This document shows, piece by piece, positions 17,594-31,324 of a DNA stretch of 64,000 bases. The translations under genes and the position numbers were made by a program. The notes beneath the pieces are model-generated. The model was given only the letters and a program-made list of their open reading frames with translations, did not search any database and was not told where the DNA came from. The DNA comes from an uncultured delta proteobacterium (GTDB taxonomy: Bacteria > Myxococcota > UBA727 > VGSZ01), in contig CAVZJB010000016.1 in NCBI GenBank assembly GCA_963775425.1, positions 384,001 through 448,000 of the forward strand, given 5' to 3'. The first letter of the stretch is position 1, and each line of letters opens with the position of its first letter.

Positions 17594-19014
17594 CGACGGC
17601 GCTCGCGCTCGCCGCGCTCGTCGCTGCTGCCGCACCGCTGTCGCCGTGCACGCTGGACACGCCGGGGATGGCCCGCGAGAAGGCGCGCTGCGGCAGCGTC
17701 ATCGTCGACGACGGCGTCGCGGTCGCCTTCGCGGTGCTCGAGGCCACCGGGCACGAAAAGGCCGACGACCCCGTGGTACTCCTCCCCGGCGGACCGGGAC
17801 AGGCGGCCACCAATCTCGCCGGCTTCGCGACCATGGAGCTCGGGCCGGCCCTCGCCAAGCGCGACGTGGTGCTCTTCGATCCGCGCGGCACCGGCCGCTC
17901 GGGGAAGCTGAGCTGCCGCGACGAGCGCACCGTCGCGCAGAAGCTGGCCGCGAGCGACGACGACGAGCGCGCGCGGCTCGCGGCGTGCGCCGCCGCGCTC
18001 CGGTCGGACGCGCGCCGCTCAGGCGCCGTGGACCCCGCCTCGATAACGACTGGGCGCATCGCCAAGGACCTCGAGGCCGTGCGCGTCGCCCTGGGCGTCG
18101 AGCACCTCGATCTGCTCGGCATCTCGTACGGCACGCGCCTCGCCCTGGCCTACGACCGCGCCTTCCCCGGACGGGCCCGCGCCCTCGTGCTCGACAGCAC
18201 GGTGCCGTTTTCGATGGTGGTCGGCGCCACGGCCGCGCGCGACGCCGAAGCGGCGCTCGACGCCCTCGACGCGCGCAGCGGTCGTACGGGCAAACGCCCG
18301 CTCCTCGACATCGTCAAGGACGTGCGCGCGCGCCTCACCGCCGCGCCCGCGAAGGTCGTCGTCCCCCACCCCTCCACGGGCGCCGAGGTCGCGCTCTCCC
18401 TTGACGGCCGGGGTTTCGCGTCGACCGTACGCCTGCTTTTGTACTCCGACGCCACCGCCGCCGTCCTGCCGCCGCTCCTCGACGCCGCCGACGCCGGCGA
18501 CCTGCGCCCGCTCGCCGCGCAACTGTGGCTCGCCGACAAGGAGGCAGACAGCATCTCGGAGCCGATGCAGCTCTCGGTGCTGTGCGCCGAGGACGCGCCG
18601 TTGTTGCCGCCGGCGCCCGAGGGAGGCTCTCCGTTCGCCGCGACCGCCGACGAGCTCACGCGGGTCTGCGCGGTCTGGCCGCACGCCGCCGTCGAACGCT
18701 CCTTCCACGACGACGCGCCGCAGTCGCAGACGCCCGCGCTCGTCATCGCCGGCGGCGGCGACCCGGTGACGCCGCCGTGGACCGCGGACGCCGTGAAGAA
18801 GACCCTCGTGCGCGCCCGCGTTCTCATCGCGCGCGGCATGGGACACAACCCCGGCATGCAGGGCTGCCTCCCCGACGCCATCGCCCGCTTCCTCGACGAT
18901 CCCACCGGCGAACACCCTCGCGGCGACGACGGCGGCGCGGATCCGATCTCGGCGTGCGCGCGCCGCATGCGCCCGTTCCCCGCGTTCGTCGACGCCACGG
19001 GGCCGGCGCCGTGA
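17590..19014 (+). CDS. Exported alpha/beta hydrolase (TAP-like peptidase)
   Basis: LPGGPG, DPRGTG, GISYGT nucleophile, DPVTP, GMGH. Confidence 0.88.
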   Translation: MTTALALAALVAAAAPLSPCTLDTPGMAREKARCGSVIVDDGVAVAFAVLEATGHEKADDPVVLLPGGPGQAATNLAGFATMELGPALAKRDVVLFDPRGTGRSGKLSCRDERTVAQKLAASDDDERARLAACAAALRSDARRSGAVDPASITTGRIAKDLEAVRVALGVEHLDLLGISYGTRLALAYDRAFPGRARALVLDSTVPFSMVVGATAARDAEAALDALDARSGRTGKRPLLDIVKDVRARLTAAPAKVVVPHPSTGAEVALSLDGRGFASTVRLLLYSDATAAVLPPLLDAADAGDLRPLAAQLWLADKEADSISEPMQLSVLCAEDAPLLPPAPEGGSPFAATADELTRVCAVWPHAAVERSFHDDAPQSQTPALVIAGGGDPVTPPWTADAVKKTLVRARVLIARGMGHNPGMQGCLPDAIARFLDDPTGEHPRGDDGGADPISACARRMRPFPAFVDATGPAP

Positions 19015-19042
19015 GCGGCGTGGCGGCTTCATGGGATGCGCC

Positions 19043-19798
19043 ATGATCGAGCTTCGGGACGTCGAGAAGTCCTTCAAGGACGTGCACGCGCTGCGCGGCA
19101 CCACGTGGCGCGCCGACGACGGCGTCATCACCGGCGTGCTCGGACCAAACGGCGCCGGCAAGACCACGTCTCTGCGCATCGCCGCAGGGCTCATGCCGCC
19201 CGACAAGGGCACCGCGCGCGTCGACGGCATCGCCACCACCGGCGCCGCCGGCCGCGCCACCCGCGCCGGCGGCGACGACGTGCGGCGCCATATCGGCGCC
19301 CTGCCCCACGCGCACGGGCTCTATCCGCGCCTCAGCGCGCGCGAGCACGTGGTCTACTTCGGCCGGCTGCACGGGCTCGAAGACGCCGTCATCCAGGAGC
19401 GCATCGCGCGGCTCGTCGAGCGCCTCGACATGGGCGAGTTCATCGACCGGCGCACCGAGGGCTTCTCCCAGGGGCAGAAGCTCAAGGTCGCCATCGCGCG
19501 CATGCTGGTCCACGAGCCGCAGAACCTCATCCTCGACGAGCCCACCGCCGGCCTCGACGTCAAAGGCACGCGCGCCATGCGCGACGTCATCCGCGGCCTC
19601 AAGGCGGAGGGCCGCTGCGTGGTCTTCTCCAGCCACGTGATGCAGGAGGTGGCGGCCCTCTGCGACCGCGTCATCGTCATCGCCGAGGGGCGCGTGCGGG
19701 CGGCCGGCACGCCCGACGAGCTGCTCGCCACCACCGGCAAGGCGTCGCTCGAGGACGCGTTCGTCGCCGCCGTCGGCAGCGAGGAGGGGCTGGCGTGA
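19043..19798 (+). CDS. ABC exporter ATP-binding subunit (NatA-like)
   Basis: GPNGAGKTT, FSQGQ, LILDEPT, FSSH. Confidence 0.93.
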   Translation: MIELRDVEKSFKDVHALRGTTWRADDGVITGVLGPNGAGKTTSLRIAAGLMPPDKGTARVDGIATTGAAGRATRAGGDDVRRHIGALPHAHGLYPRLSAREHVVYFGRLHGLEDAVIQERIARLVERLDMGEFIDRRTEGFSQGQKLKVAIARMLVHEPQNLILDEPTAGLDVKGTRAMRDVIRGLKAEGRCVVFSSHVMQEVAALCDRVIVIAEGRVRAAGTPDELLATTGKASLEDAFVAAVGSEEGLA

Positions 19799-20952
19799 GA
19801 GCGTTTCGCGTGATCTTCCAAAAGGAGGTGCGGGACAACCTGCGCGATCGGCGCGCGCTCACCACCGCGCTCATCATGCCGCTCCTCGGGCCGCTGACGC
19901 TGGTGGCGGCGTTCTTCGCCATCCAGCAGGCGGAAGAGAAGACGCGGGAGCCCCACGTGCCCGTCGTCGGCGCCGACAACGCGCCCGAGCTCGTGCACTT
20001 CCTCGAGGGACAGGGCGTCGTCGTCGAGGCCGCGCCGGCGGATCCCGAGGCCGCGGTCCGGTCGCAGCAAGCCGACGTGGTGCTGCGCATCCCGGCGGAC
20101 TTCGGCGCCCACCTGAGAGACGCCACGCCGGCCTCGGTGGAGCTCGTCTGCGACCCCGCGCGCCAGGACGCGGTGCCCACGCTCGATCGCGTTCAGCACC
20201 TGCTCGAAGGGTACGGGCACGAGATCGGATCGCTGCGCCTGCTCGTGCGCGGCGTCGACCCGTCCATCGTCGAGGCCCTGCGCGTCGAGCGCGACGTCGT
20301 CAGCGCGCCGCAGGCGCAGAAGGCGCTGTTCCTCGCGAGCCTCCCGCTGTTCGTCCTCATGTCCTGCTTCGTGTGCGGCCTGTACATCGCCATCGACATC
20401 ACGGCGGGCGAGCGCGAGCGCGGCTCGCTCGAGCCGCTCTTGTTGAACCCGGTGTCCACGCTGCAGATCGTGTTGGCCAAGGTCGCGGCCACCATGGTGT
20501 TCGCCGTCATCGGCGTCGCCGCCGGCATCGCCGCCTTCGCGGTGGTCATCCCGAGCGTTCCGTTTGCGCGCATCGGCGTCGACCTGCACGTCGCGCCGTC
20601 GGTGATCGCGGGCTACGCGCTGTTGTTCCTGCCGACGACGCTCCTCGCCGCGAGCCTGCAGATCTTCGTGGGCACGCTGTCAAAGACGCCCAAGGCGGCG
20701 CAGGCGACGCTCGGCCTGATGATGATGATCCCCATCGTGCCCGGCGTCATGGTCACCATGTTCCCCCGGCAGCCGACGCTCGCGCTGTGCGCCGTCCCCA
20801 CGCTCGGCGAGAGCATCCTCGCGCAGCGCCTGCTGCGCGGCGAAGACATCGTGGCCCTTTACTGGGTCGTAAACGCCGGCGTCGACGTCGTGGTCGCCGC
20901 CGTCCTCGTCGCGCTCACGGTGAGGCTCTTCGGCCCGCGGATGCTGTCGTAG
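19795..20952 (+). CDS. ABC-2 type permease (NatB-like)
   Basis: IFQKEVRDNLRDRR, AGERERGSLEPLLLNPV; multiple TM helices. Confidence 0.9.
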   Translation: MRAFRVIFQKEVRDNLRDRRALTTALIMPLLGPLTLVAAFFAIQQAEEKTREPHVPVVGADNAPELVHFLEGQGVVVEAAPADPEAAVRSQQADVVLRIPADFGAHLRDATPASVELVCDPARQDAVPTLDRVQHLLEGYGHEIGSLRLLVRGVDPSIVEALRVERDVVSAPQAQKALFLASLPLFVLMSCFVCGLYIAIDITAGERERGSLEPLLLNPVSTLQIVLAKVAATMVFAVIGVAAGIAAFAVVIPSVPFARIGVDLHVAPSVIAGYALLFLPTTLLAASLQIFVGTLSKTPKAAQATLGLMMMIPIVPGVMVTMFPRQPTLALCAVPTLGESILAQRLLRGEDIVALYWVVNAGVDVVVAAVLVALTVRLFGPRMLS

Positions 20953-20965
20953 GGGACGCCGGGCG

Positions 20966-23703
<2,738 letters not shown>

Positions 23704-23767
23704 GTGCCGACCGGAGGGAGGCGCGCACTCTGACCGAGCGCTGCGAGGGAAGGCGTGCGGAACAGCA

Positions 23768-24505
23768 TCACGGGTTGCCCCAGAAGAAGAAGACGTACAG
23801 CGGCATGCTCACGTTGAGCACGATGATGACGGCGGCGACGGCGCGGCCGAGCAGGGAGAGCGCCGGCGACCACGTGGGGTGGTGCCAGCCGATGGACTGC
23901 CAGAGGCTGGCGGAGCCGTGGTAGAGGTGCGAGAGCAGCACGATCTGTCCCGCGCAGTACACGATGACGACCCACGGGATCTTGAACGCGTGCCACATCA
24001 TCTGAAAGACGTCGTGGGCGGGGGTGCCGTCCTTGAGCGTGGTCTCGGTGAAGAACTGCGGCAGCACCAACCCCCACGTGGTGTGGCTCAGGTGGAAGAA
24101 GAGAAACGTGAGCACGAGCAGGCCCGACGACGCCATGGTCATCGCCGCGGGCGTGGTGCGCATCCGCTTCTTCACGGCGTAGGCCACCGGGCGCGCGGCG
24201 CGGTTGAGCGCCGCGAGGCGGATGCCGAAGAAGATGTGGACGACGAAGCACAACAGGAGCCCGCCGCGCGCGACCCAGATGAAGGCGCCGTGCCCGATGT
24301 GGCGCAGGAAGACGCCGTACGCGTTGATGGCCTCGGCGCCCTGGAAGAGCTGCAGGTTGCCGAGCATGTGGATGAGCACGAAGCCCCACAGGCAGAAGCC
24401 CGTGACCGCCATGATCACCTTGGCGCCCACCGAAGAGCGCAAGAAGTCCAAGACCAGCGTAGACGCCGTCAGCGCGCCCCGCGAGCCCTCCTCCGTGTCA
24501 GCCAT
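23768..24505 (-). CDS. sdhC: Succinate dehydrogenase cytochrome b subunit
   Basis: [19 protein letters not shown]; several TM His ligands; position before sdhA. Confidence 0.92.
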   Translation of the reverse strand: MADTEEGSRGALTASTLVLDFLRSSVGAKVIMAVTGFCLWGFVLIHMLGNLQLFQGAEAINAYGVFLRHIGHGAFIWVARGGLLLCFVVHIFFGIRLAALNRAARPVAYAVKKRMRTTPAAMTMASSGLLVLTFLFFHLSHTTWGLVLPQFFTETTLKDGTPAHDVFQMMWHAFKIPWVVIVYCAGQIVLLSHLYHGSASLWQSIGWHHPTWSPALSLLGRAVAAVIIVLNVSMPLYVFFFWGNP

Positions 24506-24551
24506 AACGACCTCTCTATCTATCGACGCGCGACCCCGCTGATCGGTGACA

Positions 24552-25505
<954 letters not shown>

Positions 25506-25657
25506 TCAACCTCCACGCCCTCGTCGGGGCGATGACGCGGCGGACCCTAATCGCGCTCGTTTGTTCGCACAAGTGTGCAGGCGACCACGTTGCCGTCCCC
25601 CATGGACGGCCGGTCGAGCCAGGTCTAGATGCGGCGGCCAACAGGGAGTGGAAGACC

Positions 25658-27250
25658 ATGAGATTTCAGCTCGTGACGGCGGCGCTCATCGCCGCAGCGA
25701 TGGCGGCGTGCACGGGACCCGCGGGACAGGCGGGCGCCAAGGGGGATCAGGGCGACAAGGGCGACCCGGGCCAAAACGGCCAGAACGGGACCAACGGCCA
25801 GGACGGCCAGCCCGGCCAGGACGGGCAGGACGGGCAGGACGGGCAGAACGGCCAGGACGGCGTCGACGGCGTGAACGGCAACAACGTGGTGCTCTCCGAG
25901 CGCGCGCGCATCGGCTACGACATCGACGAGGCGGGCCTCGACCCCGAGCTGCTCGCCAACAACGGCTTGAGCGGCGATCAGATCGAGAGCATCGGCCGCG
26001 GCGCCTACCTCATGAACGCGGTCGCCGACTGCAAGGGCTGCCACAACGGCGTCGGCCCCATGGGCGAGACGCTCTACCTCGCCGGCAACGGCGACTTCCC
26101 GCTCGGCCCCGTCACCGTCGGCGGCAACACCGTCGACGGGCACGTGTTTGGCCGCAACCTGACGCCTGACGCCATCACCGGCATGAAGCTCAACGAGAAG
26201 CAGTTCGTCGAGGCGCTGCGCACGGGCAAGGACTTCCAGGACAGCGCGGTCGATCAGCAGCTCCTCGTCATGCCGTGGCAGAACACCCGCTGGCTCAGCG
26301 ACGGGGACCTGCAGGACATCTTCCGCTACCTCAAGCAGATCCCCGCGGTCAGCAACGCCGTCCAGGACGACGTGAAGCCCGTCATCCCCGTGGCGGCCGG
26401 GCCGTTCGGCGACAAGGGCCAGCAGGACAAGGTCGTCTCCTTCGGCGACGGAGACGTCGCGCGCGATCTGCCGTCCGCCCTCGATCCGACGCAGACGCCG
26501 CCGGCGCCCACGTCGGCGGCGGCCGAGGCGTTCGACGACGGCAACGTGTTGCGCGGCCTGGCCATCTCGCCGCTCGACGACGGCGCCACTGTCGCCGGCC
26601 TCTCGCCCGGGGACCAGGCGCTCTACGGCCGCGGCAGCTACCTCGTGAACGGCCCGGGCCTGTGCAACGAGTGCCACACCGCCGGCGGCAGGAACCTCGA
26701 CGGCACCGTGGCGACCAACATCTTCCTCGAGGGCGGCCAGGCGTTCGCGGTGCCGCCGCCGCTGCAGCCGGTCATCGGCCAGGTGCGCACCATGAGCGCG
26801 GACCTCATCGGCGCCGACAACGGCTTCGACGGCACGCTCGCCGACTTCATGACGACGATGGTGTCGGGCGTGTCCCTGCGAAACGACCCGCACCCCATGG
26901 GCTTCCCGATGCCGTTTCAGACGCTGCGCAACATGACCGTCGACGACAAGGCCGCCGTCTACATGTACGTGCACACGCTGCAGGGCGGCGGCGCGCTCAG
27001 CGGCGAGAGCCAGACGCAGTCGCCGGCGCGCTTCTGCGACACGGCCAACGGCGACGCCGACTGCGACGCGGGCGAGACCTGCACCGCCATCCAGGTGAAC
27101 GGCGCCGACACCGCGGAGTGCACCGGCAAGACCTGCGCGACCGACGCCGACTGCGGCGCCTGCCAGGCCTGCGCGGACCCCGGCTCCACCGGCACCACCA
27201 CGTGCCAGCCGGAGGATCCGGCGTCGGCCTGCGTGACCGGCTCGTTTTGA
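25658..27250 (+). CDS. Lipoprotein with collagen-like stalk, two c-type cytochrome domains and Cys-rich C-terminus
   Basis: Lipobox AMAAC; long (G-X-Y)n run; CKGCH and CNECH; NLTPD...MPW. Confidence 0.85.
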   Translation: MRFQLVTAALIAAAMAACTGPAGQAGAKGDQGDKGDPGQNGQNGTNGQDGQPGQDGQDGQDGQNGQDGVDGVNGNNVVLSERARIGYDIDEAGLDPELLANNGLSGDQIESIGRGAYLMNAVADCKGCHNGVGPMGETLYLAGNGDFPLGPVTVGGNTVDGHVFGRNLTPDAITGMKLNEKQFVEALRTGKDFQDSAVDQQLLVMPWQNTRWLSDGDLQDIFRYLKQIPAVSNAVQDDVKPVIPVAAGPFGDKGQQDKVVSFGDGDVARDLPSALDPTQTPPAPTSAAAEAFDDGNVLRGLAISPLDDGATVAGLSPGDQALYGRGSYLVNGPGLCNECHTAGGRNLDGTVATNIFLEGGQAFAVPPPLQPVIGQVRTMSADLIGADNGFDGTLADFMTTMVSGVSLRNDPHPMGFPMPFQTLRNMTVDDKAAVYMYVHTLQGGGALSGESQTQSPARFCDTANGDADCDAGETCTAIQVNGADTAECTGKTCATDADCGACQACADPGSTGTTTCQPEDPASACVTGSF

Positions 27251-27305
27251 CCCGCGCGGCGTGACGCGCACGGAGGCGGGGCCGGCGACGGCCCCGCGTT
27301 CGTTG

Positions 27306-29702
27306 CTACGGGCCACCGTCGTCGGGGCCCGCGTCGAGCTCGGTGCCGGCGTCGATCTCCGTGCCGGCGTCGATCTCCGTCCCGGCGTCGATCTCCGTGC
27401 CGGCGTCGATCTCCGTCCCGGCGTCCGGGAGCTCCTCGTCGCAGCTCGTGAGCGAGTCGATCCACTGGGCGATCACCGGCGTGCCGACGGGCTCGACGAG
27501 CAGCGTGGCCAAAGGCGGCATCGCGTTGCGATCGCGACGCGACAGGCGAAAGAACATCTCGCTGTTGGCGGAGTTGCCGGGGTCCAGGATCTTGGCGTTG
27601 GGGATCTGCGCGATCATGAAGCGCGGCGTGACGTCGCAGATCTGCATCAGCGGCAGCGGTGTCTCGAAGCGGAAGTCGACGGTGACGGGCGTCGTGCCGC
27701 CGGGCTGGTGGCAGTGGGCGCAGTTGGCGTAGAGCCACGAGCGCGCGCGCGCCTGCACCGGGGCAGTCTCGTCCCCGGGCTCGGGGAACCGCGGCAGCGC
27801 TTCGGGCGCCTGCGTGAGCGTGCCGCCGAAGAGGCCCACGTAGTCCATGGCCTGGAGCTGGTTTTCCACGAAGCCGTCGTAGTCGTGCTCCGTGTTCATG
27901 CGCCCCGTCTGCAACCCGAGCGCGCGGCCGGCGCCCGCGCTGTGGCACAGCAGGCACTGCGAGCGGCTCGGGAAGGTGTGGCGGTGCCGCGCGTTGCCGC
28001 CCGCGTCGACGTGGCCGGGCTGCATCGGGAACGATTGGATCTCGCCACCGTCGAGGAGATACGCGTCGTCACGATCGCGATCCCACATGTAGCTGTAGCC
28101 CTCCCACAGCGTGTCGGTGCGCTTGATGAGGAAGCGCGTCTCCATGATGGGGTCGGGGGTGGCCGCGTCCTCGTCGTCGTCGAGCCGGAACTCCTTCATG
28201 ATGATGGTGCCGACGGGGAAGTCCCACGAGCCGCTCTCGGTGAAGCCGATGGTCTCCTCGCCCGGCAACACCAGGAACCGGCGCTTGCTCGCTCCGTCGG
28301 ACCACAGCGGCGTCCGCACCTCGTAGGGGATGAGCGACGCCGCCGGGCGCTGCGTGTGCACGTCGGCGAGGCAGCCGGTGGCGCTCACGGTGGTCGGGAA
28401 CGTGGGCGGGTCGACGCCCGCGGGGCGGACGAGCACGTGGAGGTGACCGGAGGTGTCGACGGCGAGGCCGCGTCCGGCGCTGTCCTCGCCGAGGGCGGCC
28501 ATGTCTGCCGGCAGCGTGGTGGTGACGGAGACGTTGCGCACGACGGCGCCGTCGTAGCGGAGGCCGGTGAGGTCCGCGCCGCAGGCGTCGCCGTACACGA
28601 GCGCCCCCTGGATGTCCGGCAGCGTCTTGTCGTGGGAGACGAAGCCGGCGACGAGGCCGCAGCCCGCGCGCAGCTCTTGCCGGATGGGGCGCACGGGGAA
28701 CGCGCCCGCGAACACGGTGGCGATGCGATCGCGGATGGGATCGCCGGCGTCGGTGGACCACAGCCTGCCGGTGATGCGATCGACGATGAGGGCCGTGGGC
28801 GCGAGCATCCCCGTCGCGTACACCTCGGGCGCCAGCGTGTCGGAGCCGATGAAGGGGTTGTCGACGGGGACGGCGTAGCCGGCGCCGGCAGGGCCGCCGA
28901 CGTCGAGCCGCAACACCTTCCCGGGGAATTGTAGCCCGTCGGCGGCGGCCGCGGAGTCGCCGCCGTCGCCGAGCGCGACGACGAGCGTGCCGTCCTGGAG
29001 GAACGCGAGCGCGCCGCCGGCGCGCGTGTCGTCGACGAGGTCGACGGAGACGAGGTCCTCTTCGTCGCCGGCGTCGGCCGCGCCGCCGGCGCCGGCGGGG
29101 AAGCGCGCGACCACGAGGCGCAGCGGATCATCCGACGGGATGAATGACGCGACGAGCACGGCGCCGTCGGGGGAGTACGCGGCCGCGACGAGCGAGCGGA
29201 CACCCGCGCTGACGTCGAGGACCACGTGGGCGTCCGAGCCGTCGCCGGCTTCGTCGAAGGCGCGCACCCGGCCCGCGCGTTCGACGACCGCGAGCTGATC
29301 CGCGTCGCGCGCGAGGCCGACGGCGTCGACCGCGGTGAGCGCTGGGAACGCGGCCTGGTTGTCGACGGGGACGATGTGCACCGGCGGCGTTCCGTCGAGG
29401 AAGCACGTGGTGTCTTCCACACGGGCCTCGATGCCGTGCTCGCGCGGGCCGGCGTCGACCGAACCGGCGTCTTCCAATCCGGCGTCCTCAGGGCCCGCGT
29501 CCGGGAGCCCGCCGTCCACGAGCCCCCCGTCCGCCGGCCCCGCGTCCGTGACGCCGCCGTCGTCGCCGCCGGGGAGGACGCCGTCGTCGACGACGGGGCT
29601 GCGTCCCGGACAGGCGGCGAGCGCCAGCACCGCCGCTGCCGCGAGCACGATCATCGGTGGCCGGGAGCCGCCGCGCGTCAACGGAGCGATGCGTCTTGAC
29701 AT
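27306..29702 (-). CDS. Lipoprotein: PQQ-sugar-dehydrogenase (GSDH)-like beta-propeller fused to a diheme cytochrome c domain (alternative start 29654)
   Basis: Lipobox LAAC; GDGG, GKVLRLDV, YAVPVDNPF; PLWSDGASKRRF, FPVGT, CLLCH, NCAHCH. Confidence 0.8.
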   Translation of the reverse strand: MSRRIAPLTRGGSRPPMIVLAAAAVLALAACPGRSPVVDDGVLPGGDDGGVTDAGPADGGLVDGGLPDAGPEDAGLEDAGSVDAGPREHGIEARVEDTTCFLDGTPPVHIVPVDNQAAFPALTAVDAVGLARDADQLAVVERAGRVRAFDEAGDGSDAHVVLDVSAGVRSLVAAAYSPDGAVLVASFIPSDDPLRLVVARFPAGAGGAADAGDEEDLVSVDLVDDTRAGGALAFLQDGTLVVALGDGGDSAAAADGLQFPGKVLRLDVGGPAGAGYAVPVDNPFIGSDTLAPEVYATGMLAPTALIVDRITGRLWSTDAGDPIRDRIATVFAGAFPVRPIRQELRAGCGLVAGFVSHDKTLPDIQGALVYGDACGADLTGLRYDGAVVRNVSVTTTLPADMAALGEDSAGRGLAVDTSGHLHVLVRPAGVDPPTFPTTVSATGCLADVHTQRPAASLIPYEVRTPLWSDGASKRRFLVLPGEETIGFTESGSWDFPVGTIIMKEFRLDDDEDAATPDPIMETRFLIKRTDTLWEGYSYMWDRDRDDAYLLDGGEIQSFPMQPGHVDAGGNARHRHTFPSRSQCLLCHSAGAGRALGLQTGRMNTEHDYDGFVENQLQAMDYVGLFGGTLTQAPEALPRFPEPGDETAPVQARARSWLYANCAHCHQPGGTTPVTVDFRFETPLPLMQICDVTPRFMIAQIPNAKILDPGNSANSEMFFRLSRRDRNAMPPLATLLVEPVGTPVIAQWIDSLTSCDEELPDAGTEIDAGTEIDAGTEIDAGTEIDAGTELDAGPDDGGP
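27330..27426 (-). repeat. 18-bp in-frame tandem repeat encoding (DAGTEI)n
   Basis: ccggcgtcgatctccgt repeated about 5 times. Confidence 0.9.
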
Positions 29703-29767
29703 AGGGGCAGAATGCATCGGCATCGGGGACGGATGCTCACAGAAAGTGGCAGTGATACCATTCGGTC

Positions 29768-30397
29768 ATGACCACGCCGATGTCCACAACCATGCTCCTC
29801 GATCCCGAAGCCCAGCGCGTGGACACCCTGGCGCGCGACATCCTGCGCGACAACTACGTCCACTTCGGCCTCGAGCGGCTCGAGCTCGTGGAAGATCAGG
29901 AGGGGGTGCGCACCAAGGCCACGCTCACGCGCTCCGAATCGGGCGAGGACATCGAGGTCGAAGGCAGGGGCGTCGGCCTCATCGACGCGTTCTTCGACTC
30001 CATCATCAAACGCTTCGCCGACGAATATCCGTCGCTGAAGACCATCGCCGTGAGCGACTTCCGCCTCGGCTCCGGCTTCGACGAAGCGCAGGGCCGCAAG
30101 TCGGACGCGCTCGCCGTGGCCACGCTGCGGGTGAAGAACTCGGAGGGCATCGAGTTCCAGTTCGAGCGCAAGACGCCGTCGGTCACGCGCTCCTCGGTGC
30201 GCACGGCCCTCGACGCGCTGACCTTCTTCATCAACTCCGAGCGCGCCTACGTACAACTGCACCTCGCGCTCAAGGACGCCAAGGAGCGTCGCCGCAGCGA
30301 CCTCGTCGAGCGCTATCGCGGCCAGATGTCCACGCTCGTCACCGCCACGTCGTACTCCGAGGTCATCGAGAAGCTGCGCCGCGACGGCGGCGAGTAG
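29768..30397 (+). CDS. Stand-alone LeuA/CimA allosteric (regulatory) domain-like protein with helical C-terminal extension
   Basis: EGRGVGLIDAF...EYPSLKTIAVSDFRL...SDALAVATL...SVTRSSVRTALDAL resembles the GxGPVxA...YPxLxxIxLxDYxV...IxxASxxAL pattern. Confidence 0.6.
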   Translation: MTTPMSTTMLLDPEAQRVDTLARDILRDNYVHFGLERLELVEDQEGVRTKATLTRSESGEDIEVEGRGVGLIDAFFDSIIKRFADEYPSLKTIAVSDFRLGSGFDEAQGRKSDALAVATLRVKNSEGIEFQFERKTPSVTRSSVRTALDALTFFINSERAYVQLHLALKDAKERRRSDLVERYRGQMSTLVTATSYSEVIEKLRRDGGE

Positions 30398-30412
30398 CCC
30401 CCACCCCGCGGG

Positions 30413-31324
30413 TCACTCGATCCGCGCGTCGCGAGCGCCGCTCCAGTCCGTGAACGGGACCATCACGCCGGCGGCGACGCCGACGACGACGGCGCCGGCG
30501 TAGAGGCCGTTGGCCGCGGTGGCCCAGCCCTGCGCTCGATCGGCGGCGCCGGTGACGAGGCTGCCGTCGACGGGGGCTGCCGTCGCCCGCTTCTTCAGCG
30601 CGCTGAACGTGTTCTGCTCCGAGAGCGCCGACGCGCCCGCGACGACGCCCGCGGCGAAGAGCACGCCGCCGGCGACGCCGGTGCCGATGGTGGCCCACGT
30701 CGGCACCGGCGGCGGGTTGACGGCGAGCGCGATCTCGGGCGCGACGCCGCGCGCCGCGCCGCGCCGCAGCCCGAGCTCGGGGAACAGCTTCTGGACCCCG
30801 GGGCCGACTGCCGCCAGGAACTCCTCGCCGCCGTCGGAGGCCAGCCGCTGGGTGAAGCTGTCCTTGGCCCGCGCGTTCTTCTGGTCGATGCGCCGCAGCG
30901 ACATGACGCTCTCCGTGCCCGCGACGCCGAGCTCGCCGACGACAATCTCGTCGACGCCGAGCGCCTCGCCGATGGCGCTGACGCAGGAGTCCCCCTCGGT
31001 GCACCCGAGGAGCTGCTTCGCGGCCTCGTACTGCAGCATCGCCCGCACCTCGCCCATGCCGACGACGGAGACCCCCTCGAGCTTGCGCAGCTCCTGGACG
31101 AGGGAATTGGTGACGAGCTTGCCGACGCGCTTGTCGACGCCGTCGACCGAGAGATCGTAGACCGCGAGCCGCAGGAGCTTCCGCGGGCGCGCGCTCTCCG
31201 GCGACGCGGCCGGCGACGCGGCCGGCGACGCGGCCGGCGGCGCGACGGGATCGGCGGCCGGCGCGTCCGCGAGGGCGGGCGCGGCGACCAGCGCGCAGAG
31301 CGCGAGTGTGGGGGAGAAGCGCAT
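30413..31324 (-). CDS. Exported protein with CsgG/TolB_N-like Cys-pair domain and C-terminal hydrophobic hairpin
   Basis: Signal peptide ending ALA; LAVYDL...LLGCTEGDSCVSAIGEALGVDEIVVG; two Gly-rich TM-like helices. Confidence 0.7.
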   Translation of the reverse strand: MRFSPTLALCALVAAPALADAPAADPVAPPAASPAASPAASPESARPRKLLRLAVYDLSVDGVDKRVGKLVTNSLVQELRKLEGVSVVGMGEVRAMLQYEAAKQLLGCTEGDSCVSAIGEALGVDEIVVGELGVAGTESVMSLRRIDQKNARAKDSFTQRLASDGGEEFLAAVGPGVQKLFPELGLRRGAARGVAPEIALAVNPPPVPTWATIGTGVAGGVLFAAGVVAGASALSEQNTFSALKKRATAAPVDGSLVTGAADRAQGWATAANGLYAGAVVVGVAAGVMVPFTDWSGARDARIE

